The translations under genes and the position numbers were made by a program. Below, piece after piece: positions 44,111-54,108 of a stretch of DNA of 64,000 nt. The DNA comes from an uncultured Acidobacteriota bacterium (lineage in GTDB: Bacteria > Acidobacteriota > Vicinamibacteria > Vicinamibacterales > UBA2999), in assembly GCA_963815285.1 (NCBI GenBank), contig CAWFGB010000005.1, forward strand, positions 423,919 to 487,918, read 5' to 3'. Positions within the stretch are counted from its first letter, which is position 1. Each line of letters begins with the position of its first letter. The notes below the pieces were generated by a model. It did no database searches and had not been told where the DNA came from. It was given only the letters and a program-made list of their open reading frames with translations.

Positions 44111-45381
44111 GAACCAAGCGTGTCCTCCTGCTTGCCACGACGACCGGTTACCAAACCCGCGTCTTTGGTGAGGCGGCCGAACGTCTTGGCGTCAAACTCG
44201 TCTTTGCGACGGATCGATGCGACCAGCTCGAAGACCCCTGGTGGGACGGGGCTATCCCGGTCCGTTTTCACCAGGAGGCCACGACGGTCGAAGCCATCAT
44301 CACCGAGGCGGAACGGTCACAGATCGACGGCCTGCTCGCCGTCGGTGATCGGCCAACCGTTGCCGCAGCCTATGCGGCACGATTGCTTGGACTGGCAGGC
44401 AACCCGCCCGACGCGGTCAAGGCGGCCCGCGACAAGCGCCTGACGCGCGAGCGGTTACGCGAGGCTGGCCTCCACGTTCCGACCGTGACCGTGCTGTCAC
44501 GGGTGGACGATCCAGGCACGGTTGCCCCACGACTGACGTATCCCGTCGTTCTGAAGCCCAGTGTGCTGTCGGGGAGCCGCGGCGTCATCCGCGCGGATGA
44601 TCCTCAGCAGTTCATCGCCGCGTGCACGCGATTACAGCGGCTACTGGAGGCCGGAGACGTGCGCGCGATGAAAGATCCCGCCGCCGACACCATCCTCGTC
44701 GAATCGTTCATTCCCGGCCGGGAGTTCGCGCTCGAAGGGCTGTTGGAGCAGGGGACGCTCCAAACCCTGGCGATCTTCGAGAAGCCCGATCCGCTCGACG
44801 GTCCGTATTTCGAGGAGACGATCTACATCACGCCGCCCCGCATCAGCGCCGGCGTGCCGGAGCTGATTCATCAGGCGATTGCCGAGGCGACTGCGGCCCT
44901 CGGTCTTCATCATGGCCCGATCCACGCCGAGTGCCGGGTGAACGATCACGGCGTTTTCGTTCTGGAGGTGGCCGCCCGACCGATCGGCGGCTTGTGCGCG
45001 CAGGCCCTGACATTCGCCAACAACAAGGGCGAGAACGCTGGCCTCGAGGAACTGCTCCTGCGTCACGCGCTCGGAGAATCGGCGACGCCATGGCACCTCG
45101 CCGGCGGCGCGACCGGCGTGATGATGATTCCCATTCCCGAGGGCGGTGTGTATCGGCGCGTCGAAGGTACCGAGCGCGCTCGGCAGGTCCCGCACGTCTG
45201 GGACCTCCGCATTACGGCCAAGCCAGACCAAATTCTCGTGCCGTTGCCGGAAGGCGCCAGCTATCTGGGATTTATCTTTGCGCGGGCAGAGTCGGCCGAC
45301 GTGGTCGAACGGTCACTACGGGACGCCCATGCCGCGTTGACCTTCGTGATCGACCGCGCCCTCCCGCTGGCGGGCCGCTAG
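44071..45381 (+). CDS. ATP-grasp domain ligase
   Basis: KRVLLLATTTGYQTRVF is a pre-ATP-grasp region, followed by YPVVLKPSVLSGSRGVIRADD, VESFIPGREFALEG and HAECRVNDHGVFVLEVAARPIGG. The only in-frame start candidates are TTG 44062 and TTG 44071, both inside the tail of the radical SAM gene. Confidence 0.8.
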   Translation: MSGAQCRAGGSDLGTKRVLLLATTTGYQTRVFGEAAERLGVKLVFATDRCDQLEDPWWDGAIPVRFHQEATTVEAIITEAERSQIDGLLAVGDRPTVAAAYAARLLGLAGNPPDAVKAARDKRLTRERLREAGLHVPTVTVLSRVDDPGTVAPRLTYPVVLKPSVLSGSRGVIRADDPQQFIAACTRLQRLLEAGDVRAMKDPAADTILVESFIPGREFALEGLLEQGTLQTLAIFEKPDPLDGPYFEETIYITPPRISAGVPELIHQAIAEATAALGLHHGPIHAECRVNDHGVFVLEVAARPIGGLCAQALTFANNKGENAGLEELLLRHALGESATPWHLAGGATGVMMIPIPEGGVYRRVEGTERARQVPHVWDLRITAKPDQILVPLPEGASYLGFIFARAESADVVERSLRDAHAALTFVIDRALPLAGR

Positions 45382-45710
45382 CTTTTGGATTGTTGCGGTA
45401 CGTAGCCGGGAGGGAGCGCGGCGCCTTCGCCGAAGAAGAAGTCCTCCATGTGTTTGAGGATCAACTCCTGGGCCTCTTTCTGCCACGGCATAAGGCGGTA
45501 TTCGTTGAGGATCATCTTCTGACGCTCCTCCCAGAGCTGCCAGGCCTGAGCGGAGACGTTCTCGAAAATACGCTGACCGACCTCCCCGGGCCAGGGGGCA
45601 GCGTCCAGGCCGGGAAGTTCCTGTTGGAATTTGACGCAAAACACCTTGCGCCCGCTGTGATTGCCGATCGGCTTTTCCGAAGGGCCGGTGGGACCGCCGC
45701 ACATGCTCAT
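45378..45710 (-). CDS. yggX: YggX-type Fe(2+)-trafficking/oxidative-damage protection protein
   Basis: VFCVKFQQELPGLDAAPWPGEVGQRIFENVSAQAWQLWEERQKMILNEYRL parallels the E. coli YggX core. The start is uncertain and could be the internal GTG just before FCVKF. Confidence 0.75.
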   Translation of the reverse strand: MSMCGGPTGPSEKPIGNHSGRKVFCVKFQQELPGLDAAPWPGEVGQRIFENVSAQAWQLWEERQKMILNEYRLMPWQKEAQELILKHMEDFFFGEGAALPPGYVPQQSKS

Positions 45711-45973
45711 GCCTGCATTCTACTTCCGCAGCCGAATCGAGCCGGCCGACCGCTGACGGTAAGCGGGACCCACTTCTCGCCCGTCCGATACCACGTCGTA
45801 TAGAAATGCGCCACCCACAACCTCTACTGTAGTGAAACCCTGCACGCCCTGAAAACTAGCCCTTACCGCTCAGATAGGCGTAACTCCTTTGCTCCCCGTC
45901 GTTTATGGAACAGGTTGGAAGGAAGAGGTAGCGGCACGTCCCTTGCGTTTGAGATGCGCGAAGGGAGTGCACC

Positions 45974-46234
45974 GTGAACGAAACGCGCAAAGAACGTCGA
46001 GGATTCGCATCCATGTCACCGGAAAAGCAGCGTGAGATCGCCAGCAAGGGTGGTCGCGCCGCGCACCAGAAGGGTACCGCCCACGAGTGGTCGTCCGACG
46101 AAGCCCGGGACGCTGGCCGCAAGGGCGGAATGGCGAGTCGCGGTGGCCGTGGCAAGTTGCCGACGTCTGGCAACTCGGACGCCAGCACGGTTGACACCAG
46201 CGTCGACGATTCCACGCCAGAGCCTGCAGCCTAG
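45974..46234 (+). CDS. KGG-repeat general stress protein
   Basis: GFASMSPEKQREIASKGGRAAHQKG...ARDAGRKGG contains KGG motifs. The GTG start has GAAGGGAG upstream. Confidence 0.8.
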   Translation: MNETRKERRGFASMSPEKQREIASKGGRAAHQKGTAHEWSSDEARDAGRKGGMASRGGRGKLPTSGNSDASTVDTSVDDSTPEPAA

Positions 46235-46239
46235 CGGAA

Positions 46240-46273
46240 CCCCGCCGCGTGGGATCCCCGAAGCGCGGTGGGG
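46240..46273 (+). terminator. Hairpin after the KGG gene (10-bp stem, no U tract)
   Basis: CCCCGCCGCG-14 nt-CGCGGTGGGG with one G-U pair. Confidence 0.4.
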
Positions 46274-46390
46274 GCTCCAGGTCACCCTGGGGCACACGCA
46301 CGCGGATTGAGATAGAGGCGATTGGTGTTGACGGAGGATTCGCGCTTCAGGCGCCATCTTCCATCGCTACTTACGAATCCATAGGTAACG

Positions 46391-48412
46391 CTACATCGTC
46401 ACTTTCTCAATCTGCACGCGTGCGTCGTTGAAGCAGGCGCCGCCACCCAGGTCGGTTAACGCGTCGGGCACCAACGTATTCGACGTGAATCCGTTGGCGA
46501 TGTGACGCCGCCAGACCCCTTTCGGCATTGAGACCGTGCCCTGCTTCACGAGCGGGGTGACACGCACGGGCAGCCGTACTTCGCCCAGCCCGTTGAACAT
46601 CCTCACAACCTCGTTGTTCTGAATATCGCGTGCCGCGGCATCCTCTGGGTGGACGTCGAGGACCACGGTGGGTCGCGGCAGCTCCCCGAGCGTCGAACTC
46701 ACGGTCCGTTCGCTGGCTGGTGAAATCAGCGCGAGGGGGTACTGATCCGTTCCGGGATCGGGCTGAAATCCATACAGACCGAGCGGCGCTTGGCGATCTA
46801 ATTCCGCCGGAAAGAGGTGGACCTTCTGATCTGGCGTCTGCGGCATCACATCCACGAACTGCACCGGCCGGCCATCGAAGGGCGCCGTGGCTTTCGTGTG
46901 CTGCCGGATTTCGTCGCCGTGCGGCTCAGGGAGTCGTCCAAGCACGTCGAGCATCATCTCGACATCGCCGCTCGGGTCGCCCTCGCGTTCGAGGTCCAAC
47001 CGCCGAATCAACTCGGCAAACAGTTCAACGTTGGGCCGTGATTCTGCCACCTGCTCGATCACGGGACGCGCCAGCTGCATGGTGATTGGCCCGTACGACT
47101 TGACGAGATCGTAGTGTTCCAGAAAGGTGGTCGCCGGAAGCACGACGTCCGCATACAGGGCGGTATCGGTCAACACCTGATCGTGGACGACGGTGAAAAG
47201 GTCGTCTCGTTCCAGTCCCTTGAGCACACGCCCCTGATCGGGCATCGTGACCGCAGGATTGCAGTTGTACACGAACAGCAGTTTGACCGGCGCCGCATCG
47301 TCGAGCAGCGCGCGCCCGAGATGGTTCATGTTGATGGCGCGAGTGTTGGCTTCAGGGTCGCGAATCCACGATCGAGTGATGTTCCACGAGGCGGAGTTGC
47401 TCATCGAATAACCGCCGCCCCGGACGCCGAACTTGCCGGCGACAGCGGGCAGCGCGAGCACAGCGGCCGCGGCGCTGCCGCCATTGCGGTTGCGCTCGAG
47501 GCCCCAGCCGCACTTGACCAGCGCAGGCGAGGTCGTGGCGTACATCTCCGCGAAACGCTCCAGCTGCTCGACCGGAACCGCGCTTTCTTGCGCGGCGCGT
47601 TCGAACGTCCACGGCGCGGCCTTGTCGCGGAGCTGCTCGGCACCGGTCGTGTGATCCTTCAGAAACGCTTCGTCTGCACGCCCTGTCTCGAAGAGGTGAT
47701 GGTGGACGGCGAGCGCCACGGCCAGGTCTGTACCCGGACGAATTTGAAGGAACAGATCCGCCTGCCTGGCGATGGCGGTCGCGCGCGGATCGATGACGAT
47801 CACCTTGGTACCCCGTTCCCGAGCCTGCTTCAGGAACGGCATGATGTGGATACCCGAATGCCCGGGATTGACACCCCAGACGACGATCAGTCTGGCCTCG
47901 GGATAATCCTGGTAGCTGACCGACGCCATCTTCCCGTAGAGACCCTGATTGGCGGCACCGGTCGGTGCGGCACACACCGTACGCAGCAGCCGCGATGCCC
48001 CGAGACGTCGAAAGAACGTCGCATCGGTCGTGTCCTGCGTCAGCAGGCCATTCGATCCGCCGTAGGAGACCGGAAGAATTGCCTCAGCCCCGAATGCGGC
48101 GCTGATGTCGCGCATCCTCGCGGCCACGAGTTCCAGCGCTTCGTCCCAGCTGACGCGGTGGAAGCGCCCGGTCCCCTTCGGGCCAGTGCGCACGGCCGGG
48201 TGCAGGATGCGGTCATCACCGTACACGCGTTGATCGAAATGCCTGACCTTGGCGCAGATGTAACCGTTGGTGATCTCGTTCTTCGGCGACCCGTCGATGC
48301 GATGGACGCGGCCGCCGCGCAGCGTCACGACCAGCGTGCAGGCATCTGGGCAGTCGAGCGGACAGGCGGTCTCGACGTGGGATTCAGGAGGCGCAGGAGC
48401 TGGGCGCGGCAT
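46391..48412 (-). CDS. Molybdopterin (bis-MGD) oxidoreductase, catalytic subunit
   Basis: The N-terminal TACPLDCPDACTLVV carries the Cys cluster of the 4Fe-4S Mo/W domain. 673 aa with a C-terminal molybdopterin dinucleotide-binding region. Confidence 0.9.
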   Translation of the reverse strand: MPRPAPAPPESHVETACPLDCPDACTLVVTLRGGRVHRIDGSPKNEITNGYICAKVRHFDQRVYGDDRILHPAVRTGPKGTGRFHRVSWDEALELVAARMRDISAAFGAEAILPVSYGGSNGLLTQDTTDATFFRRLGASRLLRTVCAAPTGAANQGLYGKMASVSYQDYPEARLIVVWGVNPGHSGIHIMPFLKQARERGTKVIVIDPRATAIARQADLFLQIRPGTDLAVALAVHHHLFETGRADEAFLKDHTTGAEQLRDKAAPWTFERAAQESAVPVEQLERFAEMYATTSPALVKCGWGLERNRNGGSAAAAVLALPAVAGKFGVRGGGYSMSNSASWNITRSWIRDPEANTRAINMNHLGRALLDDAAPVKLLFVYNCNPAVTMPDQGRVLKGLERDDLFTVVHDQVLTDTALYADVVLPATTFLEHYDLVKSYGPITMQLARPVIEQVAESRPNVELFAELIRRLDLEREGDPSGDVEMMLDVLGRLPEPHGDEIRQHTKATAPFDGRPVQFVDVMPQTPDQKVHLFPAELDRQAPLGLYGFQPDPGTDQYPLALISPASERTVSSTLGELPRPTVVLDVHPEDAAARDIQNNEVVRMFNGLGEVRLPVRVTPLVKQGTVSMPKGVWRRHIANGFTSNTLVPDALTDLGGGACFNDARVQIEKVTM

Positions 48413-48503
48413 AAGTGAATTCTACCGACTCTGGCGTGCAGGCGCTTGAATCAACGGTACGCCACCCGGCCGCGGGCTCGTAAGATATGTTCTCATCGTC
48501 GTC

Positions 48504-49748
48504 ATGAGCGCTCGTCCGCACGTGGTCATTGTTGGAGGTGGGTTTGCGGGGCTCGATGCCGCTCGCGCCCTGCGGCGTGCGGACGTGAACATCACGGTGG
48601 TCGATCGCCACAACCACCACGTCTTTCAGCCGCTGCTTTATCAGGTCGCCACCGCTGCCTTGTCCCCCGGCGATATTGCTTCGCCCATTCGATGGATCCT
48701 TCGCCGGCAGCCAAACGTCCGCGTGCTGCTCGCGACCGTCTCGGCGGTAGATGCCGCCGGTAAAGCCGTGCTGTTCGACGATGGCACGCGGTTGCCGTTT
48801 GATTATTTGATTCTGGCGCCGGGGGCGGCGCATTCCTATTTCGGAAAGGACGACTGGGCCGAGCACGCCCCCGGGTTGAAGACACTCGACGACGCCCTCG
48901 CGATGCGGCGCCGGATGCTGCTCGCGTTCGAGGAAGCGGAGCGCGAGGACAACCCCGATCGTCGGCGGCACCTGCTGACCTTCGCAATCGTCGGCGGAGG
49001 CCCCACCGGCGTCGAGCTGGCCGGCGCCCTGGCCGAGATTGCCCGTCACACGCTACGCGAGGAGTTCGACACCATCGACCCCGAGTCTGCGCGCATCGTT
49101 CTGATCGAAGCCGGGCCGAGCATCCTGCCGAGCTTTCCTGATTCGCTCCGCGCCGCGGCGCGCCGCGCGCTGCGCAAGCTCGGTGTCGAGGTGTGGGAGC
49201 AGGCCAAGGTGACCGCGATCGAAAGCGAAAGCGTCACCGTCGGCGACGCCCGTGTAGCGGCACACACCGTCATCTGGGCGGCGGGGGTGGCAGCTTCGCC
49301 GCTCGGCGCGTCACTCGGAGGAGCCCTCGACCGTGTCGGGCGAGTGATCGTGGACGAGGATTTGTCGGTCCCGGGCCATCCCGCGATTTTCGTGGCCGGC
49401 GATCTTGCCGGCTTCACGCACCAGGGCGGCCAGCAATTGCCCGGTGTCGCGCAGGTTGCCAAGCAGCAGGGGGCGCATGCCGCGCGGAATGTGCTGCGCC
49501 GAATCGGACAGCAGCCGACGCCGGCCTTCCACTATCGCGATCCCGGCAACATGGCGACCATTGGGCGCGCCCATGCGATTGCCGATTTCGGGTGGGCGCG
49601 CTTCTCTGGATTCGTTGGCTGGCTGCTGTGGCTCTTCGTCCACATCCTGTTTCTCATCGGATTCCGGAATCGGCTGTCGGTGTTGCTGCAGTGGGGCGCG
49701 TCGTACCTGACGTATCAGCGCAGTGTCCGATTGATTACCGGCAGGTAG
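48504..49748 (+). CDS. Type II NADH:quinone oxidoreductase (NDH-2)-like FAD/NAD(P) oxidoreductase
   Basis: HVVIVGGGFAGLDAA and FAIVGGGPTGVELAG form two Rossmann dinucleotide motifs. There is a C-terminal membrane-anchoring segment. Confidence 0.9.
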   Translation: MSARPHVVIVGGGFAGLDAARALRRADVNITVVDRHNHHVFQPLLYQVATAALSPGDIASPIRWILRRQPNVRVLLATVSAVDAAGKAVLFDDGTRLPFDYLILAPGAAHSYFGKDDWAEHAPGLKTLDDALAMRRRMLLAFEEAEREDNPDRRRHLLTFAIVGGGPTGVELAGALAEIARHTLREEFDTIDPESARIVLIEAGPSILPSFPDSLRAAARRALRKLGVEVWEQAKVTAIESESVTVGDARVAAHTVIWAAGVAASPLGASLGGALDRVGRVIVDEDLSVPGHPAIFVAGDLAGFTHQGGQQLPGVAQVAKQQGAHAARNVLRRIGQQPTPAFHYRDPGNMATIGRAHAIADFGWARFSGFVGWLLWLFVHILFLIGFRNRLSVLLQWGASYLTYQRSVRLITGR

Positions 49749-49761
49749 GCGTCAGTCACAC

Positions 49762-51366
49762 TTAATGGCGGTCGGGAGTCAGCACACGCCCCGGCAACGC
49801 GTCAGTGAATGTCCCACCCTCCCGCACAAGAACGCCGTTGACGACGATGTGCGTCATTCCTTGGGCGAGCTGGTGCGGCTCCTGATAGGTGGCTGCGTCG
49901 TGCACTTTGGCCGGATCGAAGAGCACAAGATCAGCGATGGCGCCGGCGCGAATCTGTCCGCGATCCGTCATCCTGAAGACCTGTGCGGGCAGGCTGGTCA
50001 TCGAGCGAATGGCGAAGGGCAGATCGATGACGCCTCGTTCGCGGGCATAGAGGCGTAGCTTGCGTGGGAACGCGCCATAGGCGCGCGGGTGCGGCTTGCC
50101 CTGACCCATCGGTACGAGGTCGCCATCGGTGCTCGTCATCGTCCAGGTCTGGCGCATCAGCAGTTCGATATCGCGTTCGGACATGTTGAACGAGACGAGG
50201 CCCGCCTCGCCTTTCTGCAGCAGATCGAGCGCGTGCTGTTCCGGTGTCGTGCCGGCGGCCTTGGCCAGTTCCGCCAGAGTCTTGCCCTCCAATGTAGGGT
50301 CGACGGAATAGCGGCTGATAACCAGCGTCTCGGCGCCGCCGCGTCTGGCGATGTTGCCACGGACTTCGTCGAGGATCTTCCTGCTTTCGTCACCGCGAAT
50401 ACGGCGGAGCAGGGCGTCGCGTCCAGCAACCTGCGCCCAGCGCGGAATCAGCGCGCCGGTGATGCCGGTCCCGCTCGCGTTGTAGGGATACTGATCGGTG
50501 TAGACCTGCACGCCCCTCGCACGCGCACCTTCGATGCGCTCGACAATCGACATCGAGAGGCCGTGGCTCGCCGGCCCGAGCGCCTTGACATGGCTGACGA
50601 TGCCGATGAGGCCCGCCTGTTCGGCGATGTCGATGACTTCTTGCACGGCGGCCATCAGCCCTACCGAGTAGTCGCTTTCGTCCCGGATGTGGCTGCTGTA
50701 GACGCCGGCCGATTCCGCGACGGCTCGCGCCATCGCGATGACTTCGGCGGTCTTCGAATACGATCCCGGGGCGTAATACAAACCGCTCGACAAGCCGAAC
50801 GCCCCCGCGCGCATGCCCTCACGTGTGAGTTCGACCATGCGCGCCAACTCCTGCGCCGTCGGATCGCGGTCCGTCATGGCCATAACCTCGCGGCGAATCG
50901 AGCCGTGCGGGACCATCAGCGCGACGTTCGGTCCGATGCCCTGCTTCGTGTAGGTGGCGCGTTGCGTGACCAGGTCAATCGGCCCGCCGCCGTCGGGGTT
51001 GACGACCACCGTGGTGATGCCCTGTGCCAGCACCGGCTGGCCGTGTTTGAGCGCCTCCGTCCCGAGCCCGCCGCCAGCGTGCGAGTGGACGTCGATGAAC
51101 CCCGGCGCGAGCGCGAGTCCGCTGGCGTCGATCGACCTGGTCGCTTTGGCGTTGGTGAGCCGACCGACAGTGTGAATCCGCCCTTCGTGCACGCCCACGT
51201 CGGCGCGGATCCAGGGGTTGCCCATCCCGTCGTAGATCTGGGCGTTTCGAATCAGCAGGTCGAAGACGGGAACGGTCGGCGTCGCTTGCTCGGCTGTCGG
51301 AGTCGAAACGAAACAAATGCTTGAGAGAAAGATGATGCAAAACACCCTGAGAGTCATGCGGGGCAT
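49762..51366 (-). CDS. Secreted N-acyl-D-amino-acid deacylase (D-aminoacylase) family amidohydrolase
   Basis: A signal peptide, then FDLLIRNAQIYDG and PGFIDVHSHAGGG, the amidohydrolase metal site. Confidence 0.85.
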   Translation of the reverse strand: MPRMTLRVFCIIFLSSICFVSTPTAEQATPTVPVFDLLIRNAQIYDGMGNPWIRADVGVHEGRIHTVGRLTNAKATRSIDASGLALAPGFIDVHSHAGGGLGTEALKHGQPVLAQGITTVVVNPDGGGPIDLVTQRATYTKQGIGPNVALMVPHGSIRREVMAMTDRDPTAQELARMVELTREGMRAGAFGLSSGLYYAPGSYSKTAEVIAMARAVAESAGVYSSHIRDESDYSVGLMAAVQEVIDIAEQAGLIGIVSHVKALGPASHGLSMSIVERIEGARARGVQVYTDQYPYNASGTGITGALIPRWAQVAGRDALLRRIRGDESRKILDEVRGNIARRGGAETLVISRYSVDPTLEGKTLAELAKAAGTTPEQHALDLLQKGEAGLVSFNMSERDIELLMRQTWTMTSTDGDLVPMGQGKPHPRAYGAFPRKLRLYARERGVIDLPFAIRSMTSLPAQVFRMTDRGQIRAGAIADLVLFDPAKVHDAATYQEPHQLAQGMTHIVVNGVLVREGGTFTDALPGRVLTPDRH

Positions 51367-51376
51367 TTTAGGCGGT

Positions 51377-51859
51377 TTAAAGCAGTTTGATCATCCTGCG
51401 CATCTCGGTCCTGTAGCCAACGCGCTCGTAAAGCGCCTGGGCCCGGCGGTTGCCTTCGAACACGCTCAGCGTGATGTTCGTGTGGCCACGGGCCCGCGCC
51501 CAGGATTCGGCGTGTGCCATCAGAGCGCGGCCGACGCCGGCACCCTCGGCGTCCTTGGTCACGGCGATGACCGAGACGTGGGCGTGCCAGCGCTGTGAGA
51601 AGTAATCCTCGAGCGTCCACATCAGCAGGCAGCCCGCGCCCTTGCCATCGAGTTCGGCGATGAACAACTCCGTGCCCTGCTGCGGGTGGTCGAGCGCATC
51701 GAACAGCGCGCGACGGTCGCCGTCGGCGATGTCGCCGTGCGACCGCCAGGCGGGCCGATCGAAGTCGGCCAACCGATTGGCGATCTCGGCGAGAAACTCG
51801 CGATCAGCCGGCGTGGCCGACCGGATCGCGACGCGCGTATTTGCGTTCGACGTAGTCAT
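51377..51859 (-). CDS. GNAT-family N-acetyltransferase
   Basis: IRSATPADREFLAEI...VSVIAVTKDAEGAGVGRALMAHAESWARARGHTNITLSVFEGNRRAQALYERVGY. Only the last 160 codons of track ORF 51377..52222 are credible. Confidence 0.85.
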   Translation of the reverse strand: MTTSNANTRVAIRSATPADREFLAEIANRLADFDRPAWRSHGDIADGDRRALFDALDHPQQGTELFIAELDGKGAGCLLMWTLEDYFSQRWHAHVSVIAVTKDAEGAGVGRALMAHAESWARARGHTNITLSVFEGNRRAQALYERVGYRTEMRRMIKLL

Positions 51860-53054
51860 CGAGCAACTGATGGAAAGCGATGGCGAGCTCGTCCGGCGTG
51901 CCACGCAGCGTCGTCGCATGCTCGCCATCGATGTAGACAGGACAGTTCGGTGCCTCACCCGTGCCCGGCAGCGAGATCCCGATGTTGGCGGCCTTTGACT
52001 CACCCGGCCCGTTGACGACGCAGCCCATGACCGCAAGGGTGAGCTCTTCGACGCCCTGGTATTCCTGCTTCCAGCGCGGCATGCTGTCGCGGATGTAGGC
52101 CTGCACCTGTTCGGCGAGTTCTTGAAAAGTGGTGGACGTAGTCCGGCCGCAGCCGGGACACGCCGTGACACTGGGCGCAAAGGACCGCAGGCCCAAGGCC
52201 TGCAGTAATTCACACGCCGCATAGACCTCGTCGCGGCGATCGCCGCCTGGCCGCGGTGTCAGCGAGACGCGGATGGTATCGCCGATGCCTTCACCGAGCA
52301 GTGTCCCCATCGCGGCGGCCGACCAGACGAGTCCCTTGGCGCCCATGCCCGCCTCGGTCAAGCCGAGATGCAGCGGCTGCTCGGTCTGCCTGGCGAGTGC
52401 GCGGTAGATCTCGATGAGGTGCACCGGCCGCGAGGTCTTGCACGAGATGATGATCTGGTTCTTGCCGAGACCAGATTCGAGCGCCAGTTCAGTTGACTGC
52501 ACGGCCGACAACACCATGCATTCGTTGTAGACATCGTCGGAACTGCGGCCCAGGTTGCGCTCGGTGTTTTCCTGCATCTTGGCCATGACGAGCTCCTGAT
52601 TGAGCGAGCCGCCATTGACACCGATGCGCACTGGCCGCCCATGTTCGACGGCCACCCTGCAGATCGTGGAGAACTGCTCATCACGTCGCCGGCCGGTGCC
52701 GACGTTTCCGGGGTTGATGCGGTACTTGTCGAGTGCCCTGGCACAGTCGGGATAGCGCGTGAGCAGCAAGTGACCGTTGTAGTGGAAGTCGCCGACGAGC
52801 GGCGCCGTGCAGCCGGCGTCGAGCATGCGCTGCTTGATCTCCGGGACGGCCACCGCCGCCTCGGGGACGTTAACGGTGACGCGGACCATCTCGGATCCGG
52901 CCTCCCACAATTCAATGCATTGCCGGGCAGTAGCTGCGGCATCCGCCGTGTCGGTCATAGTCATCGACTGGACGACCACGGGCGCATCGCCCCCAACGGT
53001 GACGTTGCCGACGCGGACCGGGACAGTACGGTGACGCTTACGTAGTTGAATCAT
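51804..53054 (-). CDS. ispG: 4-hydroxy-3-methylbut-2-en-1-yl diphosphate synthase (IspG/GcpE), long form
   Basis: VRVGNVTVGGDAPVVVQSMTMTDTADAAATARQCIELWEAGSEMVRVTV, then ACPGCGRT and NGPGESK, which supply the Fe-S ligands. Confidence 0.92.
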   Translation of the reverse strand: MIQLRKRHRTVPVRVGNVTVGGDAPVVVQSMTMTDTADAAATARQCIELWEAGSEMVRVTVNVPEAAVAVPEIKQRMLDAGCTAPLVGDFHYNGHLLLTRYPDCARALDKYRINPGNVGTGRRRDEQFSTICRVAVEHGRPVRIGVNGGSLNQELVMAKMQENTERNLGRSSDDVYNECMVLSAVQSTELALESGLGKNQIIISCKTSRPVHLIEIYRALARQTEQPLHLGLTEAGMGAKGLVWSAAAMGTLLGEGIGDTIRVSLTPRPGGDRRDEVYAACELLQALGLRSFAPSVTACPGCGRTTSTTFQELAEQVQAYIRDSMPRWKQEYQGVEELTLAVMGCVVNGPGESKAANIGISLPGTGEAPNCPVYIDGEHATTLRGTPDELAIAFHQLLDDYVERKYARRDPVGHAG

Positions 53055-53124
53055 CTAGCCTTTGGCGAGCAAAGCCCGCGCCCCCACCGACGATGGCCCT
53101 CCAGAGAGCATCGCCGTCCCTAGA

Positions 53125-54108
53125 TCATATCGTCACAGCTCGTCGGGAGCGCGCCGATGTCTGAAGTGCCGCCAGCGTTGCGGCATTGCCGCGACTTTCG
53201 CCGAGCGACACCGCCGGTGCACGCCCGTCGAGCGCCGCCGCCACGAAGTCTTCAATCTGCCTCACGAACAACAGTGACGACCCTTCGACCGTCTCGCGCC
53301 GTTCTTCCTCGCCGCGACGGATCTCGATGACCTCTGACGGCCCGGGTTTGAATGGGTTGGCAACTGAGAGCACGCCCTCGGTGCCGACCACCTCGAGCCA
53401 CGCTCGATAGGGCGTACGGAAGCTGCTGTGCACGGTGCCAACGGCCCCGCCGGCAAACTGCAGTAGCCCGCTGAACGACTCATCCACACCGGCCTCCGTC
53501 ATGGCGGCGAAGCCGAATGCCGCGCACGGCTCGGCGCCCGCGATCAGCCGAACGGCGCTCACGGCGTAGCATCCCACATCCCAGAGGCTCCCGCCTCCAA
53601 GCGAGGCATCCAGCCTCACATCCGGCGCGCGGCTCTGCAGGTAGGTGAATCCCGCATTTAACCGTTCTAATTCGCCGATTTCACCGTCACGGACAAGGGC
53701 TACGACGCGGGCAATCAATGGCTCGTGGCGATACATGAAGGCCTCGGTCACGACGAGCGGACCGGCCCGCGCCACCGCCTCGATCCGTTGGACGTCGTCA
53801 GGGGCCAACGCCAGCGGCTTCTCACACAGGACATGCTTTCCTGCATCGAGCGCACGGAGTGTCCATTCGACGTGCAGCGCGTTCGGCAACGGGATGTACA
53901 CCGCATCGACACCGCGATCGCGCAGCAGCGCGTCGTAACTGCCATGCGCGACCGGGATATTCCAGTGACGTGCGTACTCCTCCGCCCGCGACGGCAGCCG
54001 GCTGGCGACTGCCGCCAGCATCGAGCGGCGCGCCGATCGCATGGCCGGAATCACGCGCCGGTTGATGTGGGCGGTGCCCAGCAGGCCCCAACGCAGCGGC
54101 CGGCTCAC
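53125..54108 (-). CDS. Gfo/Idh/MocA-family NAD(P)-dependent oxidoreductase
   Basis: LRWGLLGTAHINRRVIPAM forms the Rossmann motif and KHVLCEKPLAL is the family signature. Confidence 0.9.
   Translation of the reverse strand: MSRPLRWGLLGTAHINRRVIPAMRSARRSMLAAVASRLPSRAEEYARHWNIPVAHGSYDALLRDRGVDAVYIPLPNALHVEWTLRALDAGKHVLCEKPLALAPDDVQRIEAVARAGPLVVTEAFMYRHEPLIARVVALVRDGEIGELERLNAGFTYLQSRAPDVRLDASLGGGSLWDVGCYAVSAVRLIAGAEPCAAFGFAAMTEAGVDESFSGLLQFAGGAVGTVHSSFRTPYRAWLEVVGTEGVLSVANPFKPGPSEVIEIRRGEEERRETVEGSSLLFVRQIEDFVAAALDGRAPAVSLGESRGNAATLAALQTSARSRRAVTI

Noticed and set aside
44622-45803. 393-aa plus-strand ORF out of frame with the ATP-grasp gene
   Set aside because: It is an Arg/Pro/Gly-rich alternative frame of the ATP-grasp gene that continues antisense through yggX. 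The ATP-grasp frame carries the recognisable motifs.
47114-48418. 434-aa plus-strand ORF
   Set aside because: It is antisense to the molybdopterin oxidoreductase, which has an unmistakable Cys-cluster N-terminus.
50089-51324. 411-aa plus-strand ORF
   Set aside because: It is antisense to the D-aminoacylase gene and has shadow-ORF composition.
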